64,000 bases of DNA from Ostreococcus lucimarinus (taxonomy: Eukaryota): the NCBI GenBank assembly GCA_000092065.1, contig CP000585.1; one strand, given 5' to 3'. Shown one piece after another: positions 9,222 through 19,113 of the stretch. Each line of letters begins with the position of its first letter. The stretch's first letter is position 1. Below the pieces are notes generated by a model, which was given only the letters and a program-made list of their open reading frames with translations, had not been told where the DNA came from and did not search any database. A program made the position numbers and the translations under genes.

Positions 9222-10829
9222 CTAAGTCGCGAAACTCGCTAATTCCGTGCGCTGAAAGCCACCGAATGACCAAAACAAGTACAACATGACGGCGAAGACG
9301 ACGGACGCAATCGAGTGAACGGCGACGTTTTCAAAGAGATCGAGAAGCTTCATCGTAATCCTGTCCCAAGTCGTGAACGGGCGTGTTTGCGACATCACTG
9401 TCTTGGCTATATTCTCCCCGGTCGTAAACGCTCTCAAAGCCATCAAGGCTTCGTCCCAAAGTACGCCCGCAGCCGCCTTGAGTTCGGCTAATCGCTCTCG
9501 GTGCTGCTCCACCTCTTCTTCGTCCGCGGCCAAGACGTCGTCGAACGTAATCTTTTCGCCGCGATCTTTGCAAAATCTTTGCACATGTCGAAACTTCGTG
9601 AGTACATTCATTACGCGCGCGTTATCTCGGTACTTCGTCACGTTGTGAAAGTTGCTGATTACGTCATGGACGGCTTCACGAATCGGTTTGATTTGCATAT
9701 CACTCTGAAACATCTCGTCTTCAATCATTCCGAGCAAAAACGTCCGTAACTCGATTTCCTTCGTCAACACGGCGTGCTTCTCTAACGTTAACCGCACATC
9801 CTGCGGCACGCCCTCGTACTTTTCCACGCCAGCCGCTATCCACGAACGCAGACGTACCTCGAGTGGATCCGAGCCCTCGCGCGAGTTTTGACTCTTCGCC
9901 CACTTAGTGGGTAATTCAGCGCGCGGCGCCGCTACGACGCTCCGAACTTTTGTAGACTTCGAAGCTTTCACTGCCACCGCTTCAAGCTTACGTTTGACGT
10001 CCTGCCTCGCGTGATCCTTTGGAAACATATCCGCCGCAGTCAAGTCGTCCTCGCTCGTCAAGTGCGCCGTCGCCGCCGCGCCGCTGAGCAAGAGATACTC
10101 AATCACCTCCACCTGCGCCGTCAACGAGGCGGCCATAAGTGGAGTCATGTAATCGCTGTCCGCGCAATCGGATCCGCCCGCATCCAAGCCGCACTCGTCT
10201 ATTAAGAATCTCGCCGCTTCCAGATTACCCAACCCGCACGCCGCGTTCAGCGCCGACCTCGAGGCGTTCGCCCCGTCCCCCCCACATCGCACGCGACTGC
10301 GCTTTGGATTCACCCCACTCTGTATCAATAATCTCGCCATCTCCACGTCCCCTCTGACGCACAACGCCTCCGCGAACGCGTCGCACCCGTCCGCGTTCCT
10401 CGCTCTCGCGTCCGCCCCTCGCGCCAGCAAAATCTCCACCGTCGACGCCTCCCCTTGCCTACACGCCGCCGTCAGCGCCGTGTCATCGTTACAATCGCTC
10501 GCATCGATCCACGCGTCGCACGTATCGATCAAAAACTTGACGCATTCGTCCCTCGCGTTCGCCGCCGCGTGCGTCAGCGCGCCTCGCCCGTCGTCGTCCT
10601 CCGCGTCCACCTCCGCGCCGTGCCTCCGCGCCAGCGCCTCCACGACGTCCACGCACCCGAGCGCGCTCGCGTGATGCATCGCGCGCCGTCCCTCGCGATC
10701 GCGCGCGTCCACGAGCGACGCGCCTCGTCGATCGTCATCCATCGCCAGTCGCGCATCCATCGTCTCGACGTCGTTCGCGCGCGCCGCGGCGAGCACCGCG
10801 TCGAGCGCGTCGCGCGCGCGCGGCGCCAT
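9222..10829 (-). CDS. Ankyrin-repeat protein with central coiled coil and a C-terminal hydrophobic (tail-anchor-like) segment
   Basis: At least 5 ANK repeats (GRRAMHHASALGCVDVVEALARRHGAEVDAEDDDGRGALTHAA...TALTAACRQGEASTVEILLARGADARARNADG...). C-terminal VHSIASVVFAVMLYLFWSFGGF. Real ATG at 10827-10829. Confidence 0.65.
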   Translation of the reverse strand: MAPRARDALDAVLAAARANDVETMDARLAMDDDRRGASLVDARDREGRRAMHHASALGCVDVVEALARRHGAEVDAEDDDGRGALTHAAANARDECVKFLIDTCDAWIDASDCNDDTALTAACRQGEASTVEILLARGADARARNADGCDAFAEALCVRGDVEMARLLIQSGVNPKRSRVRCGGDGANASRSALNAACGLGNLEAARFLIDECGLDAGGSDCADSDYMTPLMAASLTAQVEVIEYLLLSGAAATAHLTSEDDLTAADMFPKDHARQDVKRKLEAVAVKASKSTKVRSVVAAPRAELPTKWAKSQNSREGSDPLEVRLRSWIAAGVEKYEGVPQDVRLTLEKHAVLTKEIELRTFLLGMIEDEMFQSDMQIKPIREAVHDVISNFHNVTKYRDNARVMNVLTKFRHVQRFCKDRGEKITFDDVLAADEEEVEQHRERLAELKAAAGVLWDEALMALRAFTTGENIAKTVMSQTRPFTTWDRITMKLLDLFENVAVHSIASVVFAVMLYLFWSFGGFQRTELASFAT

Positions 10830-10954
10830 GCTCGCCCGCGCCGCGCGCGCCGCGCCGGCGCGGGCCGTCGCGCGTCGTCGTCTCGCGACGCCGCGGCGGC
10901 GCGCGATCGAGTCGTCACATCGCGCTCGCGCGCGCCGCGCCGCGCTCGCGCGCG
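10830..10954. promoter_or_regulatory. Head-to-head intergenic spacer (125 bp) between ankyrin-repeat gene (-) and MetX gene (+); putative bidirectional promoter
   Basis: Divergent ATGs at 10829 and 10955. CGCG-rich. Confidence 0.3.
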
Positions 10955-12454
10955 ATGACGAGCGCGATCCCGGACGATCACATGGGCGACGTCGGCACGG
11001 GCGTCCCCGACGGCGCGACGCTGACGACGCTCGCGGCGCCGCTCGCGCTCGAGAGCGGTGACGCGCTCGACGCGTGCGACGTCGCGTACACGGTGTACGG
11101 CGAGCTGAACGCGAATAAAGACAACGTCGTGCTCGTCGGACACTCGCTGACGTCGAACAGTAACGTCGGCGAGTGGTGGGGGGAGGTGCTGGGCGAGGGC
11201 GACGCGTACGCGCTGAACTCGAGGGAGGATTGCGTGATTTGCGTCAACTATCTGGGCTCGCCGTACGGAAGCGCGAGCCCGGTGAGCGCGGATCCGAGAA
11301 AGGAGGATCGCGGGGCGTACGGGGTCGATTTTCCGACGCCGGTCACGGTGAGGGATAACGCGGTGATGTGCATGATGCTGCTGAGGGAGCTCGGGGTGAA
11401 CGGGGTGCGGTGCGCGATGGGCGGGTCGATGGGTTCGATGCTGGCGCTGGAGTTCGCGGCGACGTATCCGGATTTCGTAAAGGAGATAATCATCATCGCC
11501 GGGTGCGGACGACACACGGATTGGGCGATCGGCATAGGGGAGGCGCAACGGTACGCGATCATGAGCGATGGGAAGTATAAGGGTGGGGCGTACGAGCGCG
11601 ATCAAGGGCCGAACGCGGGGTTGGCGACGTCGCGAATGATGGCGATGCTGAGCTATCGCGCGCCGGCGAGCGTCGATGGGAGATTTTCGCGTTCGAACAT
11701 GGGAGACGTCGCGAGACCGGCGGAAGAACCCGAGCTAGGTGTGCGCGCGCACGAAAAGGAGACTAAGTTGCCGTATTTTGCGGTGGAGTCGTATCTGCAG
11801 TATCAAGGGAAAAAGTTTATTCGCAGATTCGACGCGAACTGCTACATTCAGTTGACGTACACACTGGACTCGCACGACGTCTCGCGTGGGCGAGGGGATT
11901 ATTTCGATGTGCTGGCAAATATTAAACAGCGCGCTCTCGTCGTGGGTATTCTCAGCGACGTACTGTATCCGTATGCGCTTCAGCGCGAGCTCGCCGACGC
12001 GTTGCCGAATTCGCAGCTGTACACCATAGACTCCCCGCACGGCCACGACTCGTTCTTGATCGAGATCGAGCAACTCAACGCCGTCATGGCGAGATGGCGG
12101 CGCGGTGAAAACGTCGATACGCGCAAAGACGCGCGTGATTTCACCGCCCTGGAATCGAGCGACAGCGTCGAGGAGCTCCGCGAGGGCGTCAAGCGTCTTC
12201 GCGAGGAGCTCACCGTAGCCGAGCTCAAGCGTGAGCGCGCCGAGGCCGCACTTCGCGCCGCGCTCGATCCAACGCAAAATATCTCCGCTGAAGCTTTGCA
12301 GCGCTCAGCGTCCGTCGGTTCGGCGCTTAATCTACCGGGATTACTCATGCCCATGAATCCGAGCGGCAGCGAAATGGTGCGCGCGCGCGCGCCCGTCTTC
12401 GGCAAGCTCGCCGCCGACATCGACGGCGCCCCGAGCGGTTACGCCGGCGTCTAG
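10955..12454 (+). CDS. Homoserine O-acetyltransferase (MetX-type alpha/beta hydrolase) with C-terminal coiled-coil extension
   Basis: MetX signatures (VLVGHSLTSNSNVGEWWGEVLGEG..., Ser nucleophile GGSMGSMLALEFAATYPDFVKEIIIIAG, ...LSDVLYP...DSPHGHDSFL). ATG at 10955. Confidence 0.8.
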   Translation: MTSAIPDDHMGDVGTGVPDGATLTTLAAPLALESGDALDACDVAYTVYGELNANKDNVVLVGHSLTSNSNVGEWWGEVLGEGDAYALNSREDCVICVNYLGSPYGSASPVSADPRKEDRGAYGVDFPTPVTVRDNAVMCMMLLRELGVNGVRCAMGGSMGSMLALEFAATYPDFVKEIIIIAGCGRHTDWAIGIGEAQRYAIMSDGKYKGGAYERDQGPNAGLATSRMMAMLSYRAPASVDGRFSRSNMGDVARPAEEPELGVRAHEKETKLPYFAVESYLQYQGKKFIRRFDANCYIQLTYTLDSHDVSRGRGDYFDVLANIKQRALVVGILSDVLYPYALQRELADALPNSQLYTIDSPHGHDSFLIEIEQLNAVMARWRRGENVDTRKDARDFTALESSDSVEELREGVKRLREELTVAELKRERAEAALRAALDPTQNISAEALQRSASVGSALNLPGLLMPMNPSGSEMVRARAPVFGKLAADIDGAPSGYAGV

Positions 12455-12653
12455 TGTTTCGATCGTCTGCGACCATCTCATCTAGCACATAGTTTCTCGC
12501 GATGCTTATAACGCTTCGTTCGTTTCGTTTGTTTCGTTCGCCGCCGCCTCGCGACCAGCTCGATTTGAAACGCTCGCGACAGCTGGCCGCACTCGCCACC
12601 GCGCGCGCGCGTCTGCGCACCGCGCGCGTTCGCGCACCGCGCGGAAGAACGCG

Positions 12654-14447
12654 ATGTCACCCGCGCAAAACACGCTCGATGCGTTCCTCAAACGCGCGTC
12701 GTCGTCGACGAAACCGCGCGAACGCGGCGACGTCGAAAACGTTGAAAACGTCGACCCGGAGCGCGCGCACGACGACGACGCGCGCGCGCGCGCGGAAGAC
12801 GTCGCGAACGACGTGCTCGGTCGATGGTCGCGCGTCGCGCGCGCGTGCGTCGCGCGCGCGTGCGTCGCGCGCGCGGCGACGTCGACTTCGACGACGTCTC
12901 GGCGCGCGGAGGACGTCAAGCGCGCGGCGTACGCGTACGCGACCAAGATGAAGAACGCGCGGCGAGCGCACGGGACAAAGTTAAATCACGGACGGGAGAT
13001 GATGACGCTAGTTGGGGATTTGTGGGCGTGCGAGCGCGGGATCGGGGCGCACGGGGCGAGGAAACGGTTGAGGTTCGCGGTGGGCGGCGGCGCGTCGATG
13101 CGCGCGTTGGTAGAATACGGCGCGTGCGCGTTGCCTCGGGTGACGAATAACGCGCGAGCCGCGGGGGCGAACAACGCGGTGAATGCGATTGAGTTCGACG
13201 CGGCTGGAGGGATGGTGACGAGTGGTACGAGTGCGGGAGCGATCGACGTGCTGGACGTCGCCACGCTTCGTACCACAGCCGGAGAGCTTTATTGTCCAAA
13301 ACTCAAACTCTCCACCGATCGTTACATCGATGCGATGAAATGGAATCACGACGCGTCTTTGGTGATGACGGCGTGTGATATCTCCAGTACTGTGATCGCA
13401 TATCGTGGAGATTCGACGCGCGTCGTGGGACCTCGCGGGATGGCGCCGCGGACGCACGTTATGCACAAGTACAAAGTACAAACACGGACGAACAACGCGT
13501 CGCTTGGGCTGCGAGACTTAAAGCTCGATCCGAAAGATCCGCGTTGCATCATCGCGAGTGCGAGCAATGGGCAGGCGTATCTTTGGGACACGCGTTTGGC
13601 TGGAGATAAACAAACGGCACAGTTGAGTTCGCTTCTCAAGACGACAGCGATCGCTTCGCTAGTCGTCTCCGATGACGGACACACCGTCATCGGTGGTGAT
13701 GGTGACAAGGGCGACCTTTTAATTTGGGACATGCGCAAGGCGACCAGCAACACATCAATCGGTGGTCTCGGCGACAACACACAGTATTACAGCATCGTGG
13801 CGCAACTGAGCATCACCAAGTTGCTTGCAAAGACGGCGCTCGCAACGGATGTCAAGATCTCAGACTCCGGTGTGCATTGGATCGGTTGCGATCCAAATGA
13901 TTGCAGGAGGTTGGGATATCACCTCACCAACGGCTGGAGCGGCGTACTCGACTTGATGAAGCCTTGCGTAACGCACGCGCACTGCCCGCCGGCGCCGTGG
14001 CTCGAGGCTCGTCAATCCGAAGTTCGCGCGGAGAACTCGCTCGAACCTGATGCCTTGTCCGTACCACTCAGCGATTTACGGCGTCGAACACCATGCTGGT
14101 TGCCGGACGGTGGATCATTCGCCGTTGGCCTCGGTGTCAAGCCCGGCGTGCGGGTTTTAGACTTTGCGCCGACGCCGAAGTCAAGACACTGGATTCACGG
14201 GTTGACTATCGCGGATCTCGAACGTGAGCCGGCCGGACGATACGCCACTGGCAACGAACCGGTCTTTATCGAGACTTCCTCGAAGATCTTTTCCGTGGCG
14301 GCACATCCATATCATCACGGTGAGCTGATCGCAGGGGGCGAGAGTGCGCTGTGCTTGCTCGGATACGGCCACGTGGCGTCAGGAAGGGACGAAGATGAGC
14401 AAGGTGCCTCGTCGGAGGTCGAAATCGGCGACGCTGTCGATGCATAG
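12654..14447 (+). CDS. WD40-like beta-propeller protein of unknown function. The N-terminal QNTLDAFLKR resembles a PIP-box.
   Basis: WD-like blades (e.g. SDDGHTVIGGDGDKGDLLIWDMRKAT, SNGQAYLWDTRLAG, ...HPYHHGELIAGGE). ATG at 12654. Confidence 0.5.
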   Translation: MSPAQNTLDAFLKRASSSTKPRERGDVENVENVDPERAHDDDARARAEDVANDVLGRWSRVARACVARACVARAATSTSTTSRRAEDVKRAAYAYATKMKNARRAHGTKLNHGREMMTLVGDLWACERGIGAHGARKRLRFAVGGGASMRALVEYGACALPRVTNNARAAGANNAVNAIEFDAAGGMVTSGTSAGAIDVLDVATLRTTAGELYCPKLKLSTDRYIDAMKWNHDASLVMTACDISSTVIAYRGDSTRVVGPRGMAPRTHVMHKYKVQTRTNNASLGLRDLKLDPKDPRCIIASASNGQAYLWDTRLAGDKQTAQLSSLLKTTAIASLVVSDDGHTVIGGDGDKGDLLIWDMRKATSNTSIGGLGDNTQYYSIVAQLSITKLLAKTALATDVKISDSGVHWIGCDPNDCRRLGYHLTNGWSGVLDLMKPCVTHAHCPPAPWLEARQSEVRAENSLEPDALSVPLSDLRRRTPCWLPDGGSFAVGLGVKPGVRVLDFAPTPKSRHWIHGLTIADLEREPAGRYATGNEPVFIETSSKIFSVAAHPYHHGELIAGGESALCLLGYGHVASGRDEDEQGASSEVEIGDAVDA

Positions 14448-14539
14448 CTTAGTCATAGGTAGTTGGTAAACAAACATAGAATCATTCATTCATCGGCTGA
14501 CGGCTACGTCGCCTAGACTAGTTTTTGAACGACACAATC

Positions 14540-15418
14540 TTAGGAGCAACACTTGGACTTTTCGCTCGGCGCCTTGGTGCCGAGGTTGATTCCGCCGGCA
14601 GAGATCGCCCCCTTCGAGCCCGTCAACCGAGTCAACCGAGTCAATCGAGTCTTAATATCGCCCGCGATTGTCATGAATGCGTCCTCCACGTTCACGCTCG
14701 CCTTGGCGCTCGTTTCGAAGAACGGAATCCCGAATTCATCTGCCAACGCCTGCCCGCGAGCCTTCGTAATCGCCCGCTTCTCCTCCGACACGTCGCACTT
14801 GTTCCCGATCAAAATCTTGTTCACACTCGAGCTTGCGTGCTGCTCAATATTTCGCATCCACCCGCGCACGTTTTCAAAGCTCTTCTCATCCGACACATCA
14901 TACACGAGTAAAATCCCCATCGCGCCGCGATAATACGCCGTCGTAATCGTCCTAAAGCGCTCCTGTCCGGCGGTGTCCCAAATCTGCAGCTTCACCCGCT
15001 TCCCATCGATTTCCACCGTTTTAATCTTAAAATCAATCCTTCGCGCATCGACAACCGGTTCTCGGGGTCAGTCACCGCGCCGTCGACGTCGTTTACGCGT
15101 TTCGCGAGCGCCGACGATTCCTTCGCGCACCCGATCGTCGTGATGAAGCTCGTCGTGAACTGATCGTCGCTAAATCTCAACAGCAAGCAACTCTTCCCAA
15201 CGCCTGCGCGCGTTCGTTCGATCGCGCGTCCTCTCGTCAGTCATCGCGGTTCGTTCGCGCTTCGGTCACGCGCGCGCGGAGTTCATCTCTCGTCGCCTCG
15301 CCTCGCCTCGCCTCGCCTCGCGCGCGCGCGCACCGCTATCACCGATGAGCAGCAGCTTGAGCAAGTGATCGTAGTGCATCGACGCGCCGTGCGCGCGCAA
15401 TTGCGCGGCGTTCGACAT
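14540..15418 (-). CDS. Rab8/Rab10-type small GTPase. Three exons: join(15334..15418, 15131..15203, 14540..15038) on the minus strand.
   Basis: The spliced product reads [29 protein letters not shown]|[24 protein letters not shown]|[48 protein letters not shown]...GNKCDV...[14 protein letters not shown]...KSKCCS, with all G-boxes present. Both donors are GTGCGC, one acceptor is CAG and the other AAG. Intron 1 (15204-15333) carries a (CGCCTCG)n microsatellite. An alternative start is the second ATG (15377-15379). The exon-3 tail contains an in-frame 9-bp x3 repeat (RLTRLTRLT). Confidence 0.85.
14623..14652. repeat. 9-bp tandem repeat x3 (gtcaaccga/gtcaatcga) inside the Rab coding region, encoding an RLT-RLT-RLT insertion in the hypervariable tail
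   Basis: Direct reading of the sequence at 14623-14652. Confidence 0.7.
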
Positions 15419-15501
15419 GGCGCGCGCTCGTGTGACGCGATTGCGCGCGCGCCGATGCCGTCCGCGTCAGACGTCGCCGCGCGTCGTCGCGCGCCGCGGC
15501 G
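15419..15501. promoter_or_regulatory. 83-bp head-to-head spacer between Rab (-) ATG and DMT-transporter (+) ATG; putative bidirectional promoter
   Basis: ATG(-) at 15416-15418 and ATG(+) at 15502-15504. Confidence 0.3.
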
Positions 15502-16644
15502 ATGCGAGCGATCGAAGGGCACGCGCTGGGCTACGCCTGGGCGTTCGCCGCGTCGCTCGCGAACGCGTCGCAGGACAACTTGAGGAAACTGGCGTCGAAC
15601 CGGGTGAAACAACCAATCGAGATCGTCGCGCTGAGCGAAGTGTTCAACGTCGTCGCGCTGGCGTGCGCGGTCGGCGCGAGTGGGAAGTGGGGGAAGTTCG
15701 CGCGGTACGCGCGACGAGGGGATCTCGTGGCGCTGGCGGCGGCGGCGGGATGGTTGAAGGCGTTGAGCGCGGCGCTGTTGCAACGGGCGCTGCGGTTGAC
15801 GCCGTTGTCGCTGTGTGTGCCGTACCTGGCGTTCACGCCGCTGTGGTTATTGGTGATTAGCTTTTTCTTAGTGCACGAGACGCCGACGTTGCGTGGAGTG
15901 TTGGGGGTGATGGTGATCACGGTCGGGGCGTACATGTTGAACGCGAACAGCGCGGCGCCGGAGAAACTGGAAAAGAGTCCGCGGTTGGAGGAAGGGCTCG
16001 TTCGCGGCGGTGGTGGGTCTTCTGGACGGGTTCGGAGTGCGAGAGAGTCGCTGGAATCGCTCGCGACGCCGCCGACGAACGGTGCGGGTTGGATGTCTAT
16101 AGCGTTTAGCGAAGCCGCGGCGTCGTCGTTTCGCGAGGAGCGTTACGGTGTGAGGTTGGGATGCGTCGGGCGATCAGTTGCGAGGCAGGTGACGACCTTG
16201 CGCGCGAATCCTGGGAGTTTAATCACTCTCGGCATCGCCGCCGTCTACGCTCTCGTCGCTGATCTCGACAAGCTCGGTAAATTGCACTCCGACGACTTGC
16301 TCGTGTTCATCTTTTTGCAGAGATGTTTCCTATTGGCGCCACCTCTGACGTACGTCATGGTGAAAAATCCAGCAGCCTTCAACGTTTTCACGAAAACAAA
16401 GAAGGTTGGCTGCGCGTTAGCTCTCATAGGTTTCCTCGACATCGCCTCCATGTACGCCTTCCTACAGTCGCTGAACTACATCTTCACGAGCTACGCCGTC
16501 GCGGCCAAGCGTACGAGCATCCTAGCCAGCGTCGTCGGCGGCGCGCTCTTCTTCAAAGAGCCCATCGCCCGGCGATTGCCGTATATATTCATCATGTTCA
16601 TCGGCATGGCGTTGATATTAATCGCCGATGCCGACAAGCATTAG
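15502..16644 (+). CDS. Drug/metabolite-transporter (DMT/EamA-like) superfamily membrane protein, about 10 TM helices
   Basis: Repeated hydrophobic helices in two halves (LGYAWAFAASLA..., LSLCVPYLAFTPLWLLVISFFLVHE..., ...FLDIASMYAFLQSLNYIFTSYAVAAKRTSILASVVGGALFFKEP...). ATG at 15502. Confidence 0.55.
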   Translation: MRAIEGHALGYAWAFAASLANASQDNLRKLASNRVKQPIEIVALSEVFNVVALACAVGASGKWGKFARYARRGDLVALAAAAGWLKALSAALLQRALRLTPLSLCVPYLAFTPLWLLVISFFLVHETPTLRGVLGVMVITVGAYMLNANSAAPEKLEKSPRLEEGLVRGGGGSSGRVRSARESLESLATPPTNGAGWMSIAFSEAAASSFREERYGVRLGCVGRSVARQVTTLRANPGSLITLGIAAVYALVADLDKLGKLHSDDLLVFIFLQRCFLLAPPLTYVMVKNPAAFNVFTKTKKVGCALALIGFLDIASMYAFLQSLNYIFTSYAVAAKRTSILASVVGGALFFKEPIARRLPYIFIMFIGMALILIADADKH

Positions 16645-16739
16645 CGCGCGCGACGGTGTCAATACAACACGAGCGCCGTCGGTGCGGGTTCAAAACTCTT
16701 CACCCCATCCCCTTCACTCTCGCCCGCGCGCCTCTCGCG

Positions 16740-18449
16740 ATGGCCGACCAAGACAGCAATGAAAAAGAAATTGAAAGTACGTCGCGCCCCATCGCATCGC
16801 TCGATCGATCGCGTCGCCCGCGCCCTCGGGCGCGCGTGCGGCGTTGATAAAGCGCGCCGATGACTTCGGCCTAGGTCGAGTGCGCGTACGGTTTCACCTC
16901 GCTCGCGTCGCTACGAACGCGCTCGAGACGCTCGCGACGCGCGCGCGAGGTCATGAATGGCACGCGTGACCACGAGCGAACGACTGACGAGACATTCGCG
17001 CCGCGCGCGCGCGCCGTTGACGATGAACAGTATGGAAGATGCGCAAGGTGCGACTGGCGGCTCGAACTCGACGCGCTCGTGGGAGCAAAAACGATGAGAA
17101 ATCGCGACGTGTCGGCATCGCGAACGAGGTGAACGAAGACTGACGGACTATTATATCGTTTTACTCGAACGTAGCTCATCAAGAAGCTGGAAGACGCGCG
17201 CGGGAACGGGACGTCGATGATTTCGCTCGTGATCCCGCCGAAAGGGCAAGTGAACCTGGTGCAAAAGATGTTGATCGAAGAGATGGGCACGGCGACGAAC
17301 ATTAAGTCTCGAGTCAATCGACAGTCAGTGCTCGATGCGATCGGTTCGGCACAACAGCGCTTGAAGCTGTACAATAAAGTGCCGCCGAATGGGCTCGTCG
17401 TGTATTGCGGCGCGGTGTTGACGGAGAGCGGGAAGGAACGGCAGATGAAGATTGATTTTGAACCCTTCAAACCGATCAACACGTCGTTATACATGTGTGA
17501 CAACAAGTTTCACACTGCAGCGTTGAGTGATTTGTTGCAAAACGATCAGAAGTATGGTTTCGTCGTAATGGATGGTAACGGGACGCTCTTCGGAACCTTG
17601 TGCGGGAACCATCGCGAGATTCTACAAAAGATTTCCGTTGATTTACCGAAAAAGCACGGTAGAGGTGGTCAATCCGCGCTTCGTTTCGCGCGTCTGCGTT
17701 TAGAAAAACGTCAAAACTACCTTACCAAGGTTGCTGAGCTCACGACGCAGCATTTCATCAGTAATGATAGGCCCAACGTCGCCGGCTTGGTGCTCGCCGG
17801 TTCGGCGGATTTCAAGAACAAACTCGCCGAGGCGGATTGCTTCGACAGTCGCCTTCAAGAAGTCACCTTGGCCGTAGTCGATGTCTCTTACGGCGGTGAA
17901 AACGGCTTTAATCAAGCGATTGAGCTCTCCGCGGACACGCTTTCGTCGCTCAAGTTCATCCAAGAAAAGAAATTGGTTGGCAAGTTTTTCGACGAAATCG
18001 CCCAAGACACGGGCAAGTACGTTTTTGGTATCAACGATACTTTGACGTGCTTGGAAATGGGAGCGGTTGAAACTTTGGTGTGCTGGGAAGATCTCGAGGT
18101 CGCGCGCGTGACCCTGAAAAATAGCAGCACCGGAGAGGAGACGATTAAGTTTTTGCGGCCCGAAGAGACTGAGGGCAATGAAAACGACCACGTGCGCGAC
18201 GCCGATGGCAACGATTTGGAGATTGTCGAATCCGTCCCGCTGTTGGAGTGGCTAGCAAACGAGTACAAGAAGTTTGGTTGCGTCTTGGAACTCATCTCGG
18301 ATAAGTCGCAAGAGGGTAACCAATTTTGCCGTGGTTTCGGCGGCATCGGCGGTTTGTTGAGATATCAAGTCGATCTCACCGCCTTCGAAGTCGCCGCCGA
18401 CGCCAACTCCGACGATTGGGACTCCGACGATTCCGAATGTTTCATCTAA
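16740..18449 (+). CDS. eRF1: Eukaryotic peptide chain release factor subunit 1 (eRF1). Three exons: join(16740..16776, 17031..17047, 17175..18449), including a 17-nt microexon.
   Basis: Exon 3 is an unmistakable eRF1 ([20 protein letters not shown], YxCDxxF, GFGGIGG). The conserved N-terminal EIWK(I/M)KKLIKxLE is reconstituted only by splicing [12 protein letters not shown](a) + (ta)TGGAAGATGCGCAAG + CTCATCAAGAAG..., giving ...[27 protein letters not shown]. Donors are GTACGT and GTGCGA; acceptors are aacAG and a polypyrimidine tract (ttatatcgttttactcgaacgtAG) with a CTGAC branch at about 17140. Confidence 0.88.
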
Positions 18450-18617
18450 CCCTTCCCGTTGCATTGACTCGATCCTAACGCCACATCCCATAGCATTAAC
18501 AATAAGACGACCCTGGCAGTTGTTCGACGCCGCGCGCGCGAGCGCCTTATCCTTCACACGCGCGCGCGTTCGCCGTCGGTGCCCTCCCGCGACGCGGCGC
18601 GCCTCCGTAAACGTACC

Positions 18618-19085
18618 ATGGGTATCGCCGCCAGCGCCACGTCTGGCTCCATCGCGCGTCGCGTCGCTCGTGACGACGACGCAACGAACAAGTCGTTAGC
18701 GTTACACCCCGTGCACGCCGACGCCCGCGCCCTCCCGCCCTGGACGCCGTCCTCCATCATCGACGCCCTCCCGGACGACATGGTGGACATCATTCTCGAC
18801 CACTGCACCGGCGTCGACCTCGCGCGCGCGGAGTGCGTGTGCACGAGGTTGCTCTCGCTCGCGCGACGCAGCGAACGAAGGTGGCGGGACGCCCTCGCGC
18901 GCGACTTCGGCGTGCAATTCGCCCCAGCCCCGGGCGTCGAACGACTGCCGGGGCTGCCGCGAGGATCGATGAAGCGCGAGTACGTCGCGTGTCGAGAGAC
19001 GCTCCGCGCGATCGTGCGTGGGTGCGCGAAAGGCGCCGACGGCGGCGTCCCGAACTTTGCGCTCGGGACGAGGGTGTACGCGTGA
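18618..19085 (+). CDS. Small F-box-like protein
   Basis: F-box motif LPDDMVDIILDHCTGVDLARAECVCTRLLSLARRSERRWRDAL. First ATG at 18618; stop at 19083-19085. Confidence 0.4.
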   Translation: MGIAASATSGSIARRVARDDDATNKSLALHPVHADARALPPWTPSSIIDALPDDMVDIILDHCTGVDLARAECVCTRLLSLARRSERRWRDALARDFGVQFAPAPGVERLPGLPRGSMKREYVACRETLRAIVRGCAKGADGGVPNFALGTRVYA

Positions 19086-19113
19086 ACGCCGCAGTCTTAG
19101 ACGCGCGCGATCG

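Noticed and set aside
10574-11605. 343-aa minus-strand ORF antisense to the MetX gene
   Set aside because: Low-complexity R/H/P-rich translation. The plus strand carries an unmistakable MetX fold.
16871-17506. 211-aa minus-strand ORF overlapping the eRF1 5' exons and introns
   Set aside because: No domain. It spans eRF1 intron and exon sequence, and served only as a coordinate anchor.
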